A stretch of 64,000 bases of DNA from a virus (IMGVR_UViG_3300025009_000896:1-64000); one strand, 5' to 3'. Counted from the first letter of the stretch, positions 42,677 to 53,382 are shown. Notes: a model not told the origin generated them from the letters alone. Translations and numbers: made by a program.

Positions 42677-43823
42677 ATGAAAACAGCATATCTTTGTATT
42701 GTTCTATGTATTATTGCCTCGGGAGTATTCATAACCTGTATGCCAACCGAGGAGATGCACCCTATGGACTGCTATGCAGTGACACTAATTGTAGACTCTA
42801 ATACTGGGGATGTCATAAAGGTTACGGGGTCACAGGAGTTTTTCACTGATCCGTTGACGATTGATGCTTGGATAAGTTCTGACGGAGCCGTTGACAGAGA
42901 CACGGTTAATCATGTGGTATTTATTGAGTTTAGGCAGTGTATAGAACCGGATAGAAAACTAAACGCACAAGAGAAATGAAGCCGATAGAATTTAACAACA
43001 ACAGCAAGATGCTAAAGGAGGCACTTATACCGATGGGGTGGACAGATTTAGATGAAGATGACGATGAAGTAATCCTTGATGAAAATTGTCCTAATTGTGG
43101 CAGAGAATATGACGAAATTGATTATGAATATCAGATTTGCCACATATGTGACCACATTAATAACCCATAAACAGAAACGAGATGAACGCAGAAAGAAAAC
43201 AGATCCACATTAAACCCGGAATGTACGCTTTACTTTTCTATGAACTCAAGGAGATGGCAAAGAATTATGGCTATAATCTTGTATTACATGGCAGTCTTAA
43301 CCGAGATATGGATTTAATCGCAATTCCGTGGACTGACGAACCGAGGGATGAGCAAGAAATGATTAAGGAGTTTCAGGCTTATTTAACCGGGCATACAATG
43401 ATAACACTTGACGGAAGCGTTCACTATACAATATTGCCGGGCAATAGACATTCTTATGTGATTGATCTGAACAGGGGCAGTACAAAGGGTGAGTGGATAA
43501 GGTATAGTGAGCCAGAGGATGACGAACAGTATTATCTGGACATATCAGTCGTTCAACCTGCCAAACCGGAGGTAGCTGATGCGATGCCGACAGAGGAAGA
43601 GATAGAGGTATGGGCCGAGAATTGTGCAGGCAATTCAGTGCAAGATAATGACCTGCGTATTCTGATAAAAGGAGCATTGATCTTGGGGTGTGATTGGTTT
43701 CGCAACCGCGTTAAAGGGGGAAGCATCCCTGACAGTTCACATAAATGTTGTGTTTGTCACGAGAATTATGTGGATAGTGATAATGGTTTTGATACTTGCC
43801 ATGACTGCTTAAGTAGAATTTAA
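42677..43823 (+). other. Three hypothetical CDSs (42677-42979; 42976-43170; 43182-43823, nucleotidyltransferase-like HGS..RD.D)
   Basis: ORF track; LHGSLNRDMDLIAIPW resembles a Pol-beta-type NTase motif. Confidence 0.55.
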
Positions 43824-43870
43824 AAGGAGACGGGGAATGAACGTTAAAATCCAACGAACTTAAACAATAG

Positions 43871-44557
43871 ATGAACTTCTGTATTATAACAGCTAATCAT
43901 AAACGACCGAAGGTATTTGCCCTGTGGTGTGAGTCAATGAGTAGACTACGAGAAGAGGTAGGCCATTTCCCGATAGTGGTAGTGTCAGATTTGTGCGATG
44001 CCGGAATGTGTAAAGAACATAACATCTATCACATAGTTATGGGTAACAGGCCCGTAAGCGCAAAGTTTAACAAGGCTTGTAGGTTTTCACAGACATTAGG
44101 TGTAGATTATGTTATGACAGTAGGGAGCGATGACATAATAAGCACAGAGACAATGAAGTTGTTTTTAAGTTCTATGGATAAGGGCTATGACATGATAACT
44201 CTTGATGACATCTATTTCTACGGTGCTTATGCTGAGTATAATGGGGTGCTTGTTCACTTTAAGGGCAAGAAAGAGTTGGGGTTATGCCGAACGGTTCATA
44301 AGTCTATATTGGACAAAATAGGGTGGATGCCGTGGCGTAAACAGAGGAGTTCGGGATTGGATATGTTAGCTCGTATGGCTTATGAGCCTCATATACGAAA
44401 TCCATATAACATAAACAATGCCAAGGTATTTGACGTTAAGACCGAGTTCAATATAAACAGATTCAGTTATTGGCTGAGAACCTGTGAAAGGGTAGATGCC
44501 AATATATTCTATAACATTCTGAGTGAAAGAGAAAAAGAGTTACTTAATAATATATGA
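43871..44557 (+). CDS. GT-A fold glycosyltransferase-like protein
   Basis: N.PVS.KFN, DYVM.VGSDDII, G..R, GLD, DVKT..NI. Confidence 0.6.
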   Translation: MNFCIITANHKRPKVFALWCESMSRLREEVGHFPIVVVSDLCDAGMCKEHNIYHIVMGNRPVSAKFNKACRFSQTLGVDYVMTVGSDDIISTETMKLFLSSMDKGYDMITLDDIYFYGAYAEYNGVLVHFKGKKELGLCRTVHKSILDKIGWMPWRKQRSSGLDMLARMAYEPHIRNPYNINNAKVFDVKTEFNINRFSYWLRTCERVDANIFYNILSEREKELLNNI

Positions 44558-44558
44558 A

Positions 44559-45619
44559 ATGGCAGGAAAGTATTGGATGCAGACAAAAAGATGTATCAAG
44601 TGCCTAAAAAAGGCAACCGTACATGGAGGACACGTAACCTCTAAAGAGTATAAGACAATCATTGCAGGATGGTGCGAGGAACACTCTGACACTCCATCTC
44701 CCGACTTGCTTAATAGGGTGGGGTGTTTTGGGCATTTCGATGAGAGGTACGGAATAGAGCCTTATTGGGCTAATCTTACAACCGAATAGACATGACAGCA
44801 GAAGAAATGCTAAGGCAGATAGTTGGCGAAACTAAATCGGGGTTCAAAAGGGATTTTGTTTGGTTTTCAGAAGCCATTGTTGCTATGGAGGCTTATGCCA
44901 CACGGGGGGAAGAGAGAGATGCAACAAAAGAATTACTTGCCGATATTATAAGTTGGGAAAAGGATTTGTCGGAATATCTGAGTCTTGAAACAATTCTCAA
45001 ACAGCGATACATTATTCGTAAACGCATTAAAGGAGAGTCGATATGAACGCTAAAGAGTGGCTCTTAATAAAACAATACATAGACTTGAAAATAGTTTATG
45101 AAATTGAAGATCGCATAGAGGACGAATCCGGCTATCATGGCAATGCTATAGATGAAAGAAAGTCCGTGGAAAAAGCCGAGAAAGATATTGACGAACATTT
45201 AGCGACTAATCCATAGAACCTAAACTATGAAATACTTAACCCTAAAATCAGACGATAACTTAGATAAGATATCAGAAGTCTTAGATGAGACAATAGATAC
45301 TACCACTAACTATCTTTTAAGAAGAATAGGAGAGGTAGACGGCTTCTTCCCTGATAGAAACTATGCCGGAGAGTTTGTCATTGACATCTTGGACTCCATG
45401 AGTATAGACGTAAAGGCCTTTGTTCACTCGATAGTTAAATCCGAAGCCTATAACTACTTCTGCCGACTGAGGTTTTGGGGCGAGGAATACGACTGTCCTA
45501 TTTGTGGATGCCCGATGGAGTTTTGGGACTATGCTACTGATGAAGAGGGACATGACATAGGCAAAGAGTTTAAGTGTATAAACTGTGGACAAAAAGAAAT
45601 ACGAGATGAGGAAAGTTGA
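44559..45619 (+). other. Small hypothetical CDSs (44559-44789, 44792-45046, 45043-45216, 45227-45619)
   Basis: ORF track and manual reading. Confidence 0.5.
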
Positions 45620-46016
45620 AGAGTTTTACGAACTGTGGCTAATTAATGAAAATTTTAATCTTTTAAGCCCCGAAGACTCCATGCACTTTGCTGATAGTTA
45701 CCATAAGTGGATGCTTGAACAGGCAAAGGAGGCATTTAGCATGGATGAGTTTGAAGACTTTTGGAGGATATACCACCAGCGGTCAGGCAGACCTAAGACA
45801 GATAGGGACGCTGCACTAAAGTATTGGAAACGGCTTACTAAGGCCGAAAGGCTTAAGGCTATATCACAGATAGGGGCATATTGCTCATCCATAGAAGATA
45901 AACGATTCATAAAAAAGGCTCGTACCTATTTAGAGGATAAAAACTTTAACGATGAGTTCGCCCCCCAACAGAGTTTTAGCATAGGCAGAAACGTATCAAT
46001 AGATAATCTTAAATAG
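45606..46016 (+). CDS. Replisome-organizer / initiator C-terminal-like protein
   Basis: FEDFWRIY.....K..A.K.W.RL...ER......TYL....F.DE; just upstream of DnaB. Confidence 0.55.
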   Translation: MRKVEEFYELWLINENFNLLSPEDSMHFADSYHKWMLEQAKEAFSMDEFEDFWRIYHQRSGRPKTDRDAALKYWKRLTKAERLKAISQIGAYCSSIEDKRFIKKARTYLEDKNFNDEFAPQQSFSIGRNVSIDNLK

Positions 46017-46023
46017 ACACAAT

Positions 46024-46359
46024 ATGAAATTTAAAGTAAGTAGGACGAGCACGTATGATGGCCAGCCATGCGATGAGGCATATCAGTCATACATAGAGTA
46101 TTGGCACATAAGATCATGCACGGAGTCCGAGTTTAATGAACGCTTCTCTGCAAGAGAGGGGATGTGGATGGCGAAGGGCAAAAATCATCATATTACAAAA
46201 GAGGGGTACATTAGTAGACAAGAGGAAGACAGAAGGGTTTGGTGCGTTGACTTGAATGGCCTCGATGATGTTTTGGCATTCGCTGAAAAGTATGGAAGCA
46301 TAATTATTGGTACGGGCGTTATTCCAGAGGTAGAGATTTATGACGACTACCGGGAATAA
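46024..46359 (+). CDS. Hypothetical protein
   Basis: MKF.V.RTS...EIYDDYRE; ORF track. Confidence 0.6.
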   Translation: MKFKVSRTSTYDGQPCDEAYQSYIEYWHIRSCTESEFNERFSAREGMWMAKGKNHHITKEGYISRQEEDRRVWCVDLNGLDDVLAFAEKYGSIIIGTGVIPEVEIYDDYRE

Positions 46360-47686
46360 ACTACCGCCATCAGCTATCGAGGCCGAAGAGGCAGTCCTCG
46401 GTGCTTGCTTCATTGAGGAGGATGCTTCAAGGGTAGCCGTAGGCATACTCAAACCTGATATGTTCTTTGTTCCCAATAACCAACACATATTCGCGTCTAT
46501 CTATGAGATGAGCCATAAGGGTAAACCGGTGGACATAATCACAGTAACATCCGACCTAAGACAAAAGGGAATATTAGAAGAAGTAGGAGGGGCTATTTAT
46601 GTTACTGAGTTAAGTTCTATGGTTGTCACTACCCACAACGTAGAGTCCTACTGTTTTATCATCAGGGAAAAATCAATTTTACGGCAGCATATCGCATTTG
46701 CTGCCAATCTTACAGAAAAGGCATACACAGATAACGTACTAAGTGTTAACGAGTTTGCGGAAAACGAGGTCTTTAAGATATCATCACAGGCTCAAACCAA
46801 GGAACCTAAACGAGTAGACTCCTGTGTAGATGACTTGCTTGTTAGTGTGTCTAAGGTTGTTAATAACCCCGGCATATTGGTAGGCATACCTTCGGGACTA
46901 AGTAGCATAGACAGAATAACGGGAGGGTTTCAAAACAGTGATCTTATCATAGTAGCTGGACGCCCAAGTCAAGGAAAATCAGCCTGTATGCTTACATTAG
47001 CAACCGGAGCGGCTAGGCTAGGCACGCCTGTTGCGATATTTTCCTTAGAGATGTCAACGGAGCAGTTAACGGCAAGAATGGTGTCAGGCGTTTCGGGATA
47101 CACTAATATGGAGATTCGCAATGGCAAGGTCAATATGGATACATTGGTCACCCAATCAGAGATAATAGCCAAACTGCCTGTTTACATAGACGATACTGCC
47201 CAAATAAGCATAGCCGAGCTAAGAAGCAAAACCAAAAAACTTATCCTAACAAAAGGGGTAAAGATGATTTTTGTGGACTACCTACAACTTATGCGGGGAT
47301 TGGGTGACTCCCGTGAGCAGGAGGTAGCCTCGATATCCAGAGGACTTAAAGCATTAGCAAAGGAAATGAATATCCCCGTTATTGCTCTGGCTCAGTTAAA
47401 CAGAGAGGTAGAGTCTACTTCTGACAAGCGGCCTCAGTTATCCCACCTTCGGGGTAGCGGTGAGATAGAACAGGATGCCGATATAGTTGCCTTTATCTAC
47501 CGCCCCAAGTCTTATCGAATAGACTCTATGAAGATCAACGGCGAGGAAATGAACACTAATTCTCTGATTTTATTTGACATACAGAAGCATCGTAACGGCG
47601 CCTTATATCCCGTGTGTCTGTATCATAACGAATCACTCACTCAGATAGTTGACGACCGAGAGAGTATTGGGATACCATTGTTTTAA
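46340..47686 (+). CDS. dnaB: Replicative DNA helicase
   Basis: PP.AIEAEEAVLG, AGRPSQGKS, FSLEMS, VDYLQL, AQLNREVE, LRGSGEIEQDAD, KHRNG. Confidence 0.95.
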   Translation: MTTTGNKLPPSAIEAEEAVLGACFIEEDASRVAVGILKPDMFFVPNNQHIFASIYEMSHKGKPVDIITVTSDLRQKGILEEVGGAIYVTELSSMVVTTHNVESYCFIIREKSILRQHIAFAANLTEKAYTDNVLSVNEFAENEVFKISSQAQTKEPKRVDSCVDDLLVSVSKVVNNPGILVGIPSGLSSIDRITGGFQNSDLIIVAGRPSQGKSACMLTLATGAARLGTPVAIFSLEMSTEQLTARMVSGVSGYTNMEIRNGKVNMDTLVTQSEIIAKLPVYIDDTAQISIAELRSKTKKLILTKGVKMIFVDYLQLMRGLGDSREQEVASISRGLKALAKEMNIPVIALAQLNREVESTSDKRPQLSHLRGSGEIEQDADIVAFIYRPKSYRIDSMKINGEEMNTNSLILFDIQKHRNGALYPVCLYHNESLTQIVDDRESIGIPLF

Positions 47687-47690
47687 GAAT

Positions 47691-48608
47691 ATGATAGAAA
47701 TAAACAAAATACACGAGGGAGATTGCACCGATGGGTTATCTAAATTACCCGATAAGTCTGTTAATTGTTGCGTAACGTCACCGCCTTATTACGGGCTAAG
47801 GGACTATGGCGTTGAGGGTCAGATGGGATTAGAGGCTACGCCAGAACAATATGTGGATAATATGGTTAAATTGTTTACTGAAGTTAAGCGTGCGTTAAGG
47901 GATGATGGCACATTGTGGCTTAACCTTGGGGATAGTTACGCGGGAAGCGGAGGTGCGGGGTATCAATTTGGAGACCCTAAAAAACCAAAAATAAGTCACT
48001 TTGATAACCCAAATAAGAAAATTAATGGGTATAAGTCTAAGGATTTAATAGGCATACCGTGGATGGTAGCCTTTGCCCTGCGCACTGACGGGTGGTATCT
48101 AAGACAAGACATAATATGGCACAAGCCTAACCCGATGCCAGAGAGCGTGACCGACAGGTGTACTAAGTCGCATGAGTATATTTTTTTGATGAGCAAGTCT
48201 CCGAAGTATTATTACGACAATGAGGCAATAGCAGAAGATACGGTAACGCAAGATAGTGGAGTCAGGGATAGGGATAATTCTCGGCTAAACAACACGCCGG
48301 GGAGGACACGTATGGGTGGGTTAACAACGAATGATTATGAAAGGCGTAATAAGCGCTCCGTTTGGACAGTTAATACTATGCCTTACTCAGAAGCCCACTT
48401 TGCCACCTTCCCCGAAAAACTAATAGTTGACATGATTAAGGCAGGTTGCCCCGAAGGGGGGACTGTTTTAGACCCGTTTATGGGGGCGGGTACGACAGCC
48501 GTTGTCGCCCGTAAGCTAAACCGCAACTATGTAGGATTTGAACTTAACCCTAAGTATATTGAGATAGCCGAGAAAAGGCTGTATGACGAGTTGGGGATGT
48601 ATCTATAA
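47691..48608 (+). CDS. DNA amino-methyltransferase (N4-C/N6-A, beta class)
   Basis: VTSPPYY; IIWHKPNPMPES; HFATFP; VLDPFMGAGTT. Confidence 0.9.
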   Translation: MIEINKIHEGDCTDGLSKLPDKSVNCCVTSPPYYGLRDYGVEGQMGLEATPEQYVDNMVKLFTEVKRALRDDGTLWLNLGDSYAGSGGAGYQFGDPKKPKISHFDNPNKKINGYKSKDLIGIPWMVAFALRTDGWYLRQDIIWHKPNPMPESVTDRCTKSHEYIFLMSKSPKYYYDNEAIAEDTVTQDSGVRDRDNSRLNNTPGRTRMGGLTTNDYERRNKRSVWTVNTMPYSEAHFATFPEKLIVDMIKAGCPEGGTVLDPFMGAGTTAVVARKLNRNYVGFELNPKYIEIAEKRLYDELGMYL

Positions 48609-48726
48609 ATACCATTGTTTTAGAATGATTATCTTTGAGGTGATATGTGCAGATGTCTAACAAAGTTTTATCCATAGGGAGTAGGGGCTGCACCTCCGAA
48701 ACCTGTGGATTTTTAATTTATGTATT

Positions 48727-49533
48727 ATGGAAAGAGTTAGTGGTATTTACAGAATTTGCTCAAAAGTTCACCCCGACAGGTTTTATTATGGCAGTGCCGT
48801 GTGTTTCTCTGAAAGATGGAGGCTTCATCTATTAAAACTCAGGAAGTATAAACATGAAAATGCCAAACTTCAAAATCACTACAACAAGTATGGCTCAGAT
48901 GATTTATTTTTTGAGGTGGTTGTAGAGTGTGACGTTGATTCCTTGCTTGCAATAGAAAATACTTATCTTAACCCCCTCCCGTTTTTCAATATATGTCCAA
49001 CGGCGGGGAGCAGTTTGGGTGTTAAGCGTACTGATGAGTATAAGGATAAGATGCGAAGGTCTAAAAAGAATCCCTCCCAAGAGCTAAGGGATAAAATAGG
49101 GATGTCCCTAAGGGGGAACATACCGTGGAATAAGGGTAAAAAATTATCAGAAGAGCATGTTAGGAAACTGAGCGAGTCTCATATGGGATACGTGCCCACG
49201 GATGAGCATCGTAAAAATCTCAGCAAGGCGAATATGGGGCGAAAAATGACTGATGAACAGCGGGAGCGGGTGAGATTGCGGATGATTGGAAACACAAACG
49301 CGGCGGGGCGGATTATATCTGACGAGACCCGAGAAAAACTGAGTAAAGCCCTTCGTGGGAAAAAGAGATCAGAGGCCGAGGCTAATAGACTAAGAACAAT
49401 AGGGATAGGTCGGCACCCAAACGAAGAAACGAGAAGAAAAATAAGTGAAGCGTCAAAGGAGATGTGGCGAAGGCGTAGGGAGGCGAAACTGTTAATGTTA
49501 GAGGAATCCCAAAACCATAGTTCTGAGGATTAA
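48727..49533 (+). CDS. GIY-YIG homing endonuclease with NUMOD3 repeats
   Basis: SGIYRI...YYGSA...RW..H...LQN.YNKYG...FNI...AGS.LG; repeated SEE.R.K.S. Confidence 0.9.
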   Translation: MERVSGIYRICSKVHPDRFYYGSAVCFSERWRLHLLKLRKYKHENAKLQNHYNKYGSDDLFFEVVVECDVDSLLAIENTYLNPLPFFNICPTAGSSLGVKRTDEYKDKMRRSKKNPSQELRDKIGMSLRGNIPWNKGKKLSEEHVRKLSESHMGYVPTDEHRKNLSKANMGRKMTDEQRERVRLRMIGNTNAAGRIISDETREKLSKALRGKKRSEAEANRLRTIGIGRHPNEETRRKISEASKEMWRRRREAKLLMLEESQNHSSED

Positions 49534-49581
49534 TTACCTTTGACCTGTATTAACCAATTAAACGCCGGTAAGGTCAAAAAA

Positions 49582-50055
49582 ATGTTGCTGAAAACCACGA
49601 TTACAAAGTGCGAACATTCGTTTCGCTACGGAGACATCCCCGCCACAGGCAAGGAGTTTCTTCTTAACACAAACCGTATAAATGCGGTAAGGGCCAGCGG
49701 AGCGGCAGGCTCGTCATTTTATTTTTCTGAGAATTTATTTAGTAATAGGGAGAGTCCTACATATATGGTATCCTCAAACTCCACTCCTGCGGCCATCGCT
49801 ACGGTTGCAGACCTTACGTTTGAGAACAACCTTATGGACATGACCCTTTGCACTGACAACCTGACTACGGGTGCACACATCGCCGAAAAAGTCAACGTCG
49901 AGAGTATTGCACTTGCTTGGGCACATGAGGAAGACAGTGATTATTCTTGGCTTGTATTTTTCCTCGGAGCGTTTTCGAGGAAACTCGTTCTTGTTGCTGC
50001 TCCACTCGAAGCGATCAAGGATTCCGCTGATACTGGTACAACCACCACGTGGTGA
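49582..50055 (+). CDS. Hypothetical protein, possibly structural
   Basis: Own TACCTTTG promoter at ~49535 and terminator. Confidence 0.6.
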   Translation: MLLKTTITKCEHSFRYGDIPATGKEFLLNTNRINAVRASGAAGSSFYFSENLFSNRESPTYMVSSNSTPAAIATVADLTFENNLMDMTLCTDNLTTGAHIAEKVNVESIALAWAHEEDSDYSWLVFFLGAFSRKLVLVAAPLEAIKDSADTGTTTTW

Positions 50056-50100
50056 GATAGTTAGCAAGTTTCTTTTTGTTTTCATAGTTTTAGTTTTTTT

Positions 50101-50128
50101 AAGGAGGGAGCGGTTCCCTCCTTTTTTA
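50101..50128 (+). terminator. Intrinsic terminator
   Basis: AAGGAGGGA-GCGGT-TCCCTCCTT followed by Ts. Confidence 0.8.
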
Positions 50129-50159
50129 TTACCTTTGCTGAAACCAACGGACATAATCT

Positions 50160-50846
50160 ATGCAATTAAAGGATATAGATGTTTCAAGACTATCATTCGA
50201 CATATTTGATAGCGACTTCACAACGACTATAAAAGAAAAGATACCTGAGTTCAACGAATACGAAGGAGTGATACCTGAGTTAGACGTATTCAGGTTTGTT
50301 GTTATAATGTGGGATATGAAGTCTCCTATGTTACGTGAGGTTGATGACTATTATGCACGTATGTATGCTACCGCATCAATGGTGGGGTTCCCAAGGACTA
50401 AAAACAACTTCAGCAAGGAGGCAGACGAGATAATCATAGGTAAGAATGAGAGCGTGAACAGGATGATAGTAGCCTATACTGCGTACATGGGCGTACCCGA
50501 GTATCAGTACCTAATGGCTTATCAGGCGCTGTTCGCAAGTGAATACGCTAAAGTTTTGAGGGGCAAGGGCGGCAAGGACAGCGACAAGATATTAGAGAAC
50601 GCAAGCGGGAAGGTCACTAAGTTCACGAGGGCTATCTTCGGGTCGGGAGACTACGATGAGTACTCTTTGAGGAGACAGGCGTTGTATCAGAAGATTGAGA
50701 AAGACAAATTAAGATTAAGACCCGAGCAGATCATCAGGGACTTAACGGATAACGGAGATTTGCCTGAAGACTTTAACCCCTACGGTGACTACTCTATCGA
50801 TATAAATAAGGATATTAAGTTCGTTGGTGATGGCAAAGAAGGTTGA
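50160..50846 (+). CDS. Hypothetical protein; terminase small subunit candidate
   Basis: Helical 228-aa ORF overlapping the TerL start. Confidence 0.45.
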   Translation: MQLKDIDVSRLSFDIFDSDFTTTIKEKIPEFNEYEGVIPELDVFRFVVIMWDMKSPMLREVDDYYARMYATASMVGFPRTKNNFSKEADEIIIGKNESVNRMIVAYTAYMGVPEYQYLMAYQALFASEYAKVLRGKGGKDSDKILENASGKVTKFTRAIFGSGDYDEYSLRRQALYQKIEKDKLRLRPEQIIRDLTDNGDLPEDFNPYGDYSIDINKDIKFVGDGKEG

Positions 50847-53166
50847 TTACACCGAACTTTACGTTCCGGCTGACACTGTTTTTGCAATTAATAACCTCGA
50901 TCCAGATCGAAAGACTATCGTTTTGTCTCTGCCCAAACCACCGAACGTAAACACTATTGATAATTTTGGCCTACACCCTGACGAACAGTATTTCAAACGG
51001 TGGAAGACACCTAAGAAGCTATTAACTATTGAAAAAGAGGTCTTAAGAGAACTTCAGGATATTCAAAAGGGCAACAGACAGGAGACTGTAACGGGGTATA
51101 AAATAATTGACAAGTTCTGGGATAAGGTAGAAGAAGAAAGGGACGACTTAGAGGCAGAGATAGACTTCATTAAGAAGCTGTGGTGGCATAGGATGAACGG
51201 CTATTGGTTCTACAACGACGGCAAACCAACGTACATAACCGGAAGGCACTTCATGTTCCTGAACTTCTTTTATCAACCCGATATAACTACTAACGACGGG
51301 TACCCTGAGTACAGAGACAGACACCGGAGGGAGTTTCTATTCAGAGAGTATCTGAGGCACGCTACCGAGACGTTTGCCAAGAGAGATGAAAGAGGGTGGG
51401 CTGTGCCTAATGCTGATGGTAGTTATGATATGATTGATGTGGGGTCGAGAGTAAGCTATGGAGACATACATCCTAAGTCCCGAAGGAACGGTTCTACAAT
51501 GATGGCATTGTGTGATATGATTGAAAGTTCGGAAAGGAGTTTTGGTATCTACTCTACTATAATTTCAAAAGACGGTGAGGCCACCGAGGAGCACTACAAC
51601 CTTAAGCTACTTCCTTCGTGGGTAATGAGGCCGTATTTTCTTAAACCCGTGTGGCAGGGATCGTCCCAACCAACGCAGATAAAATATTTTCCTCCTAAAA
51701 ACTACTACGGCAACGAAGCCCTGATGAGTGTCATTGACTACACCGTATCGGCCTCGGAGACTAAAAAAGATGGGTCTAAGTTTAATGGAGAACTCGTATG
51801 CGATGAGGAGGGCAAGGTTTCTGGATTAGGAGTCAACGTCTTACAGAGGTGGGACGTAAATAAGAACGCACTTGCCCTTGGTGACGGTACTAAGATATTA
51901 GGATACTCTACTCACATCTCAACGGTAGAAGACATCAATGCTGCGGGTATGGCCTTCTTGGATATGCTTGAACTCTCTGACTTTTATCAAAGGGGAGAGA
52001 GTGGGCAGACTACATCAGGTCTTATGGCTCACCTGTATCCTTCTTATGACGGTCAGGAAAACTTCATAGATCGGTATGGTATGTCAGTCATTGACACCCC
52101 CACAGACCGACAGTGCCGCTTATCTCATTCAGCAATCTTCGCTACGCTTAAAAAGGGAGCCAAGCAATATCAACAGGAAAAGAGAGATGACTTCTTAAAG
52201 AAGGGCACCCCTGCTGCTATGCAGTCTTATAGGGCTTATGTTAAGAAGTACCCGTGGAAGACAAGCGAACTCTATATGTCAACAGTCTCAGACATGGGCT
52301 TTGACTATGAGATACTTGACACCCGAATCATGGAGTTGAGGAAGATGAAGTCCTTGGGTAAGATGCCATATAAGGTCGGGAACTTCTACCGTGAGGGAGA
52401 CCCGTTAGAGGGTAGGGTATATTGGAAGACAGAACCCGAAGGGAAGTTTGAGTTATCCATGGAACTTAAGCCTGAAGAAGCAAATCTTAAACGTAAAACT
52501 TTGGTTTGGGATGGCACTAAGATGTCTATGGTGCCAGCTTGGGAGCCTGTTTATAAAACGAGGTTTACCGCAGGGGCTGATCCATTTCGTTTCAGGAACA
52601 GCAAAGACATCACCACTAATAAGCAATCTGATGGCGGAATAGCAGTATTATGGCACGATTTTTCTAAGCCCAATAAGTCAGAGAATAGGAAGTTTGTATT
52701 GTCATATAGGTATAGACCTCATACATTAGAAGAATACTGTGAGGACTGCATAAAAGTGTGTGAGTATTTTGGGGCTATGTGTTATCCCGAAAACAACCTC
52801 ACAGGAGTATATGAGCACTTCATTAAGAGGATGAGGGGCGGATATCTTAAGTACGATCAAGACTCGATCACGGGTCGAGCAAAGGATACCCCCGGATATT
52901 ACGCATCTCCGGGAACAATAAACGACGGGATGTCCCAAATTAAAGATTACATAGTCTTCAATGGAGCAGAAGAAAATCACTTAAGTTTTTTGGAAGAGGT
53001 GCGTGGCATGAGAAGTGTAGATGATTTAACTAATAACGATAGGTTTGCAGCGCACATGGCCAGCTTACTCGGCGCCCTCAGCAGCTACGGCAAGGCATCG
53101 GATTTTATGAATACTCAAACAATAGACCTCGGGAAAGTCTCTTGGTTACAAAAAAGATCATTTTAA
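50830..53166 (+). CDS. terL: Terminase large subunit (crAss-like type)
   Basis: GYWFYN.G.PTYITG.H, K.RR.GST Walker A, CDEEGK Walker B, GADP and ENN...ND nuclease motifs. Confidence 0.9.
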   Translation: MAKKVDYTELYVPADTVFAINNLDPDRKTIVLSLPKPPNVNTIDNFGLHPDEQYFKRWKTPKKLLTIEKEVLRELQDIQKGNRQETVTGYKIIDKFWDKVEEERDDLEAEIDFIKKLWWHRMNGYWFYNDGKPTYITGRHFMFLNFFYQPDITTNDGYPEYRDRHRREFLFREYLRHATETFAKRDERGWAVPNADGSYDMIDVGSRVSYGDIHPKSRRNGSTMMALCDMIESSERSFGIYSTIISKDGEATEEHYNLKLLPSWVMRPYFLKPVWQGSSQPTQIKYFPPKNYYGNEALMSVIDYTVSASETKKDGSKFNGELVCDEEGKVSGLGVNVLQRWDVNKNALALGDGTKILGYSTHISTVEDINAAGMAFLDMLELSDFYQRGESGQTTSGLMAHLYPSYDGQENFIDRYGMSVIDTPTDRQCRLSHSAIFATLKKGAKQYQQEKRDDFLKKGTPAAMQSYRAYVKKYPWKTSELYMSTVSDMGFDYEILDTRIMELRKMKSLGKMPYKVGNFYREGDPLEGRVYWKTEPEGKFELSMELKPEEANLKRKTLVWDGTKMSMVPAWEPVYKTRFTAGADPFRFRNSKDITTNKQSDGGIAVLWHDFSKPNKSENRKFVLSYRYRPHTLEEYCEDCIKVCEYFGAMCYPENNLTGVYEHFIKRMRGGYLKYDQDSITGRAKDTPGYYASPGTINDGMSQIKDYIVFNGAEENHLSFLEEVRGMRSVDDLTNNDRFAAHMASLLGALSSYGKASDFMNTQTIDLGKVSWLQKRSF

Positions 53167-53177
53167 TTTTTTATTAT

Positions 53178-53185
53178 TATCTTTG
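53178..53185 (+). promoter_or_regulatory. Bacteroidetes -7 promoter box of tRNA operon 1
   Basis: TATCTTTG. Confidence 0.8.
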
Positions 53186-53189
53186 TGAC

Positions 53190-53240
53190 ATGAGAATGAA
53201 TCAACATATAGAGCAGCCGATAAACTTACTTGGTGGGTGA
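53190..53240 (+). CDS. Attenuator leader peptide 1, MRMNQHIEQPINLLGG
   Basis: Near-leaderless ORF; CAA CAT ATA GAG CAG CCG ATA match the downstream Gln/His/Ile-UAU/Glu/Pro tRNAs. Confidence 0.8.
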   Translation: MRMNQHIEQPINLLGG

Positions 53241-53261
53241 GGTAACTCTATATTGTATATA

Positions 53262-53291
53262 GCCCTCCCCACAAGGAGGGTTTTTTGTTTT
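53262..53291 (+). terminator. Attenuator terminator 1
   Basis: GCCCTCC-CCACAA-GGAGGGT followed by Ts; competing strand GTGGGTGAGG at 53233-53242. Confidence 0.85.
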
Positions 53292-53292
53292 A

Positions 53293-53377
53293 CGGAGTGT
53301 AGGTCTGTAGCTGGTAGCAGTCCTGCCTTGGAAGCAGGTGGAGCAATCCCTCGTCGGTTCGATCCCGGCCACTCCGA
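53293..53377 (+). tRNA. tRNA-Pro(TGG) with an unusual long variable arm
   Basis: CGGAGTG/CACTCCG; CCTGC-CTTGGAA-GCAGG; GTCGG-TTCGATC-CCGGC. Confidence 0.85.
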
Positions 53378-53382
53378 CTTAT

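Noticed and set aside
41273-49533. Group I introns housing the HNH and GIY-YIG genes
   Set aside because: Flanking genes appear complete and no intron core was recognised; the nucleases look free-standing.
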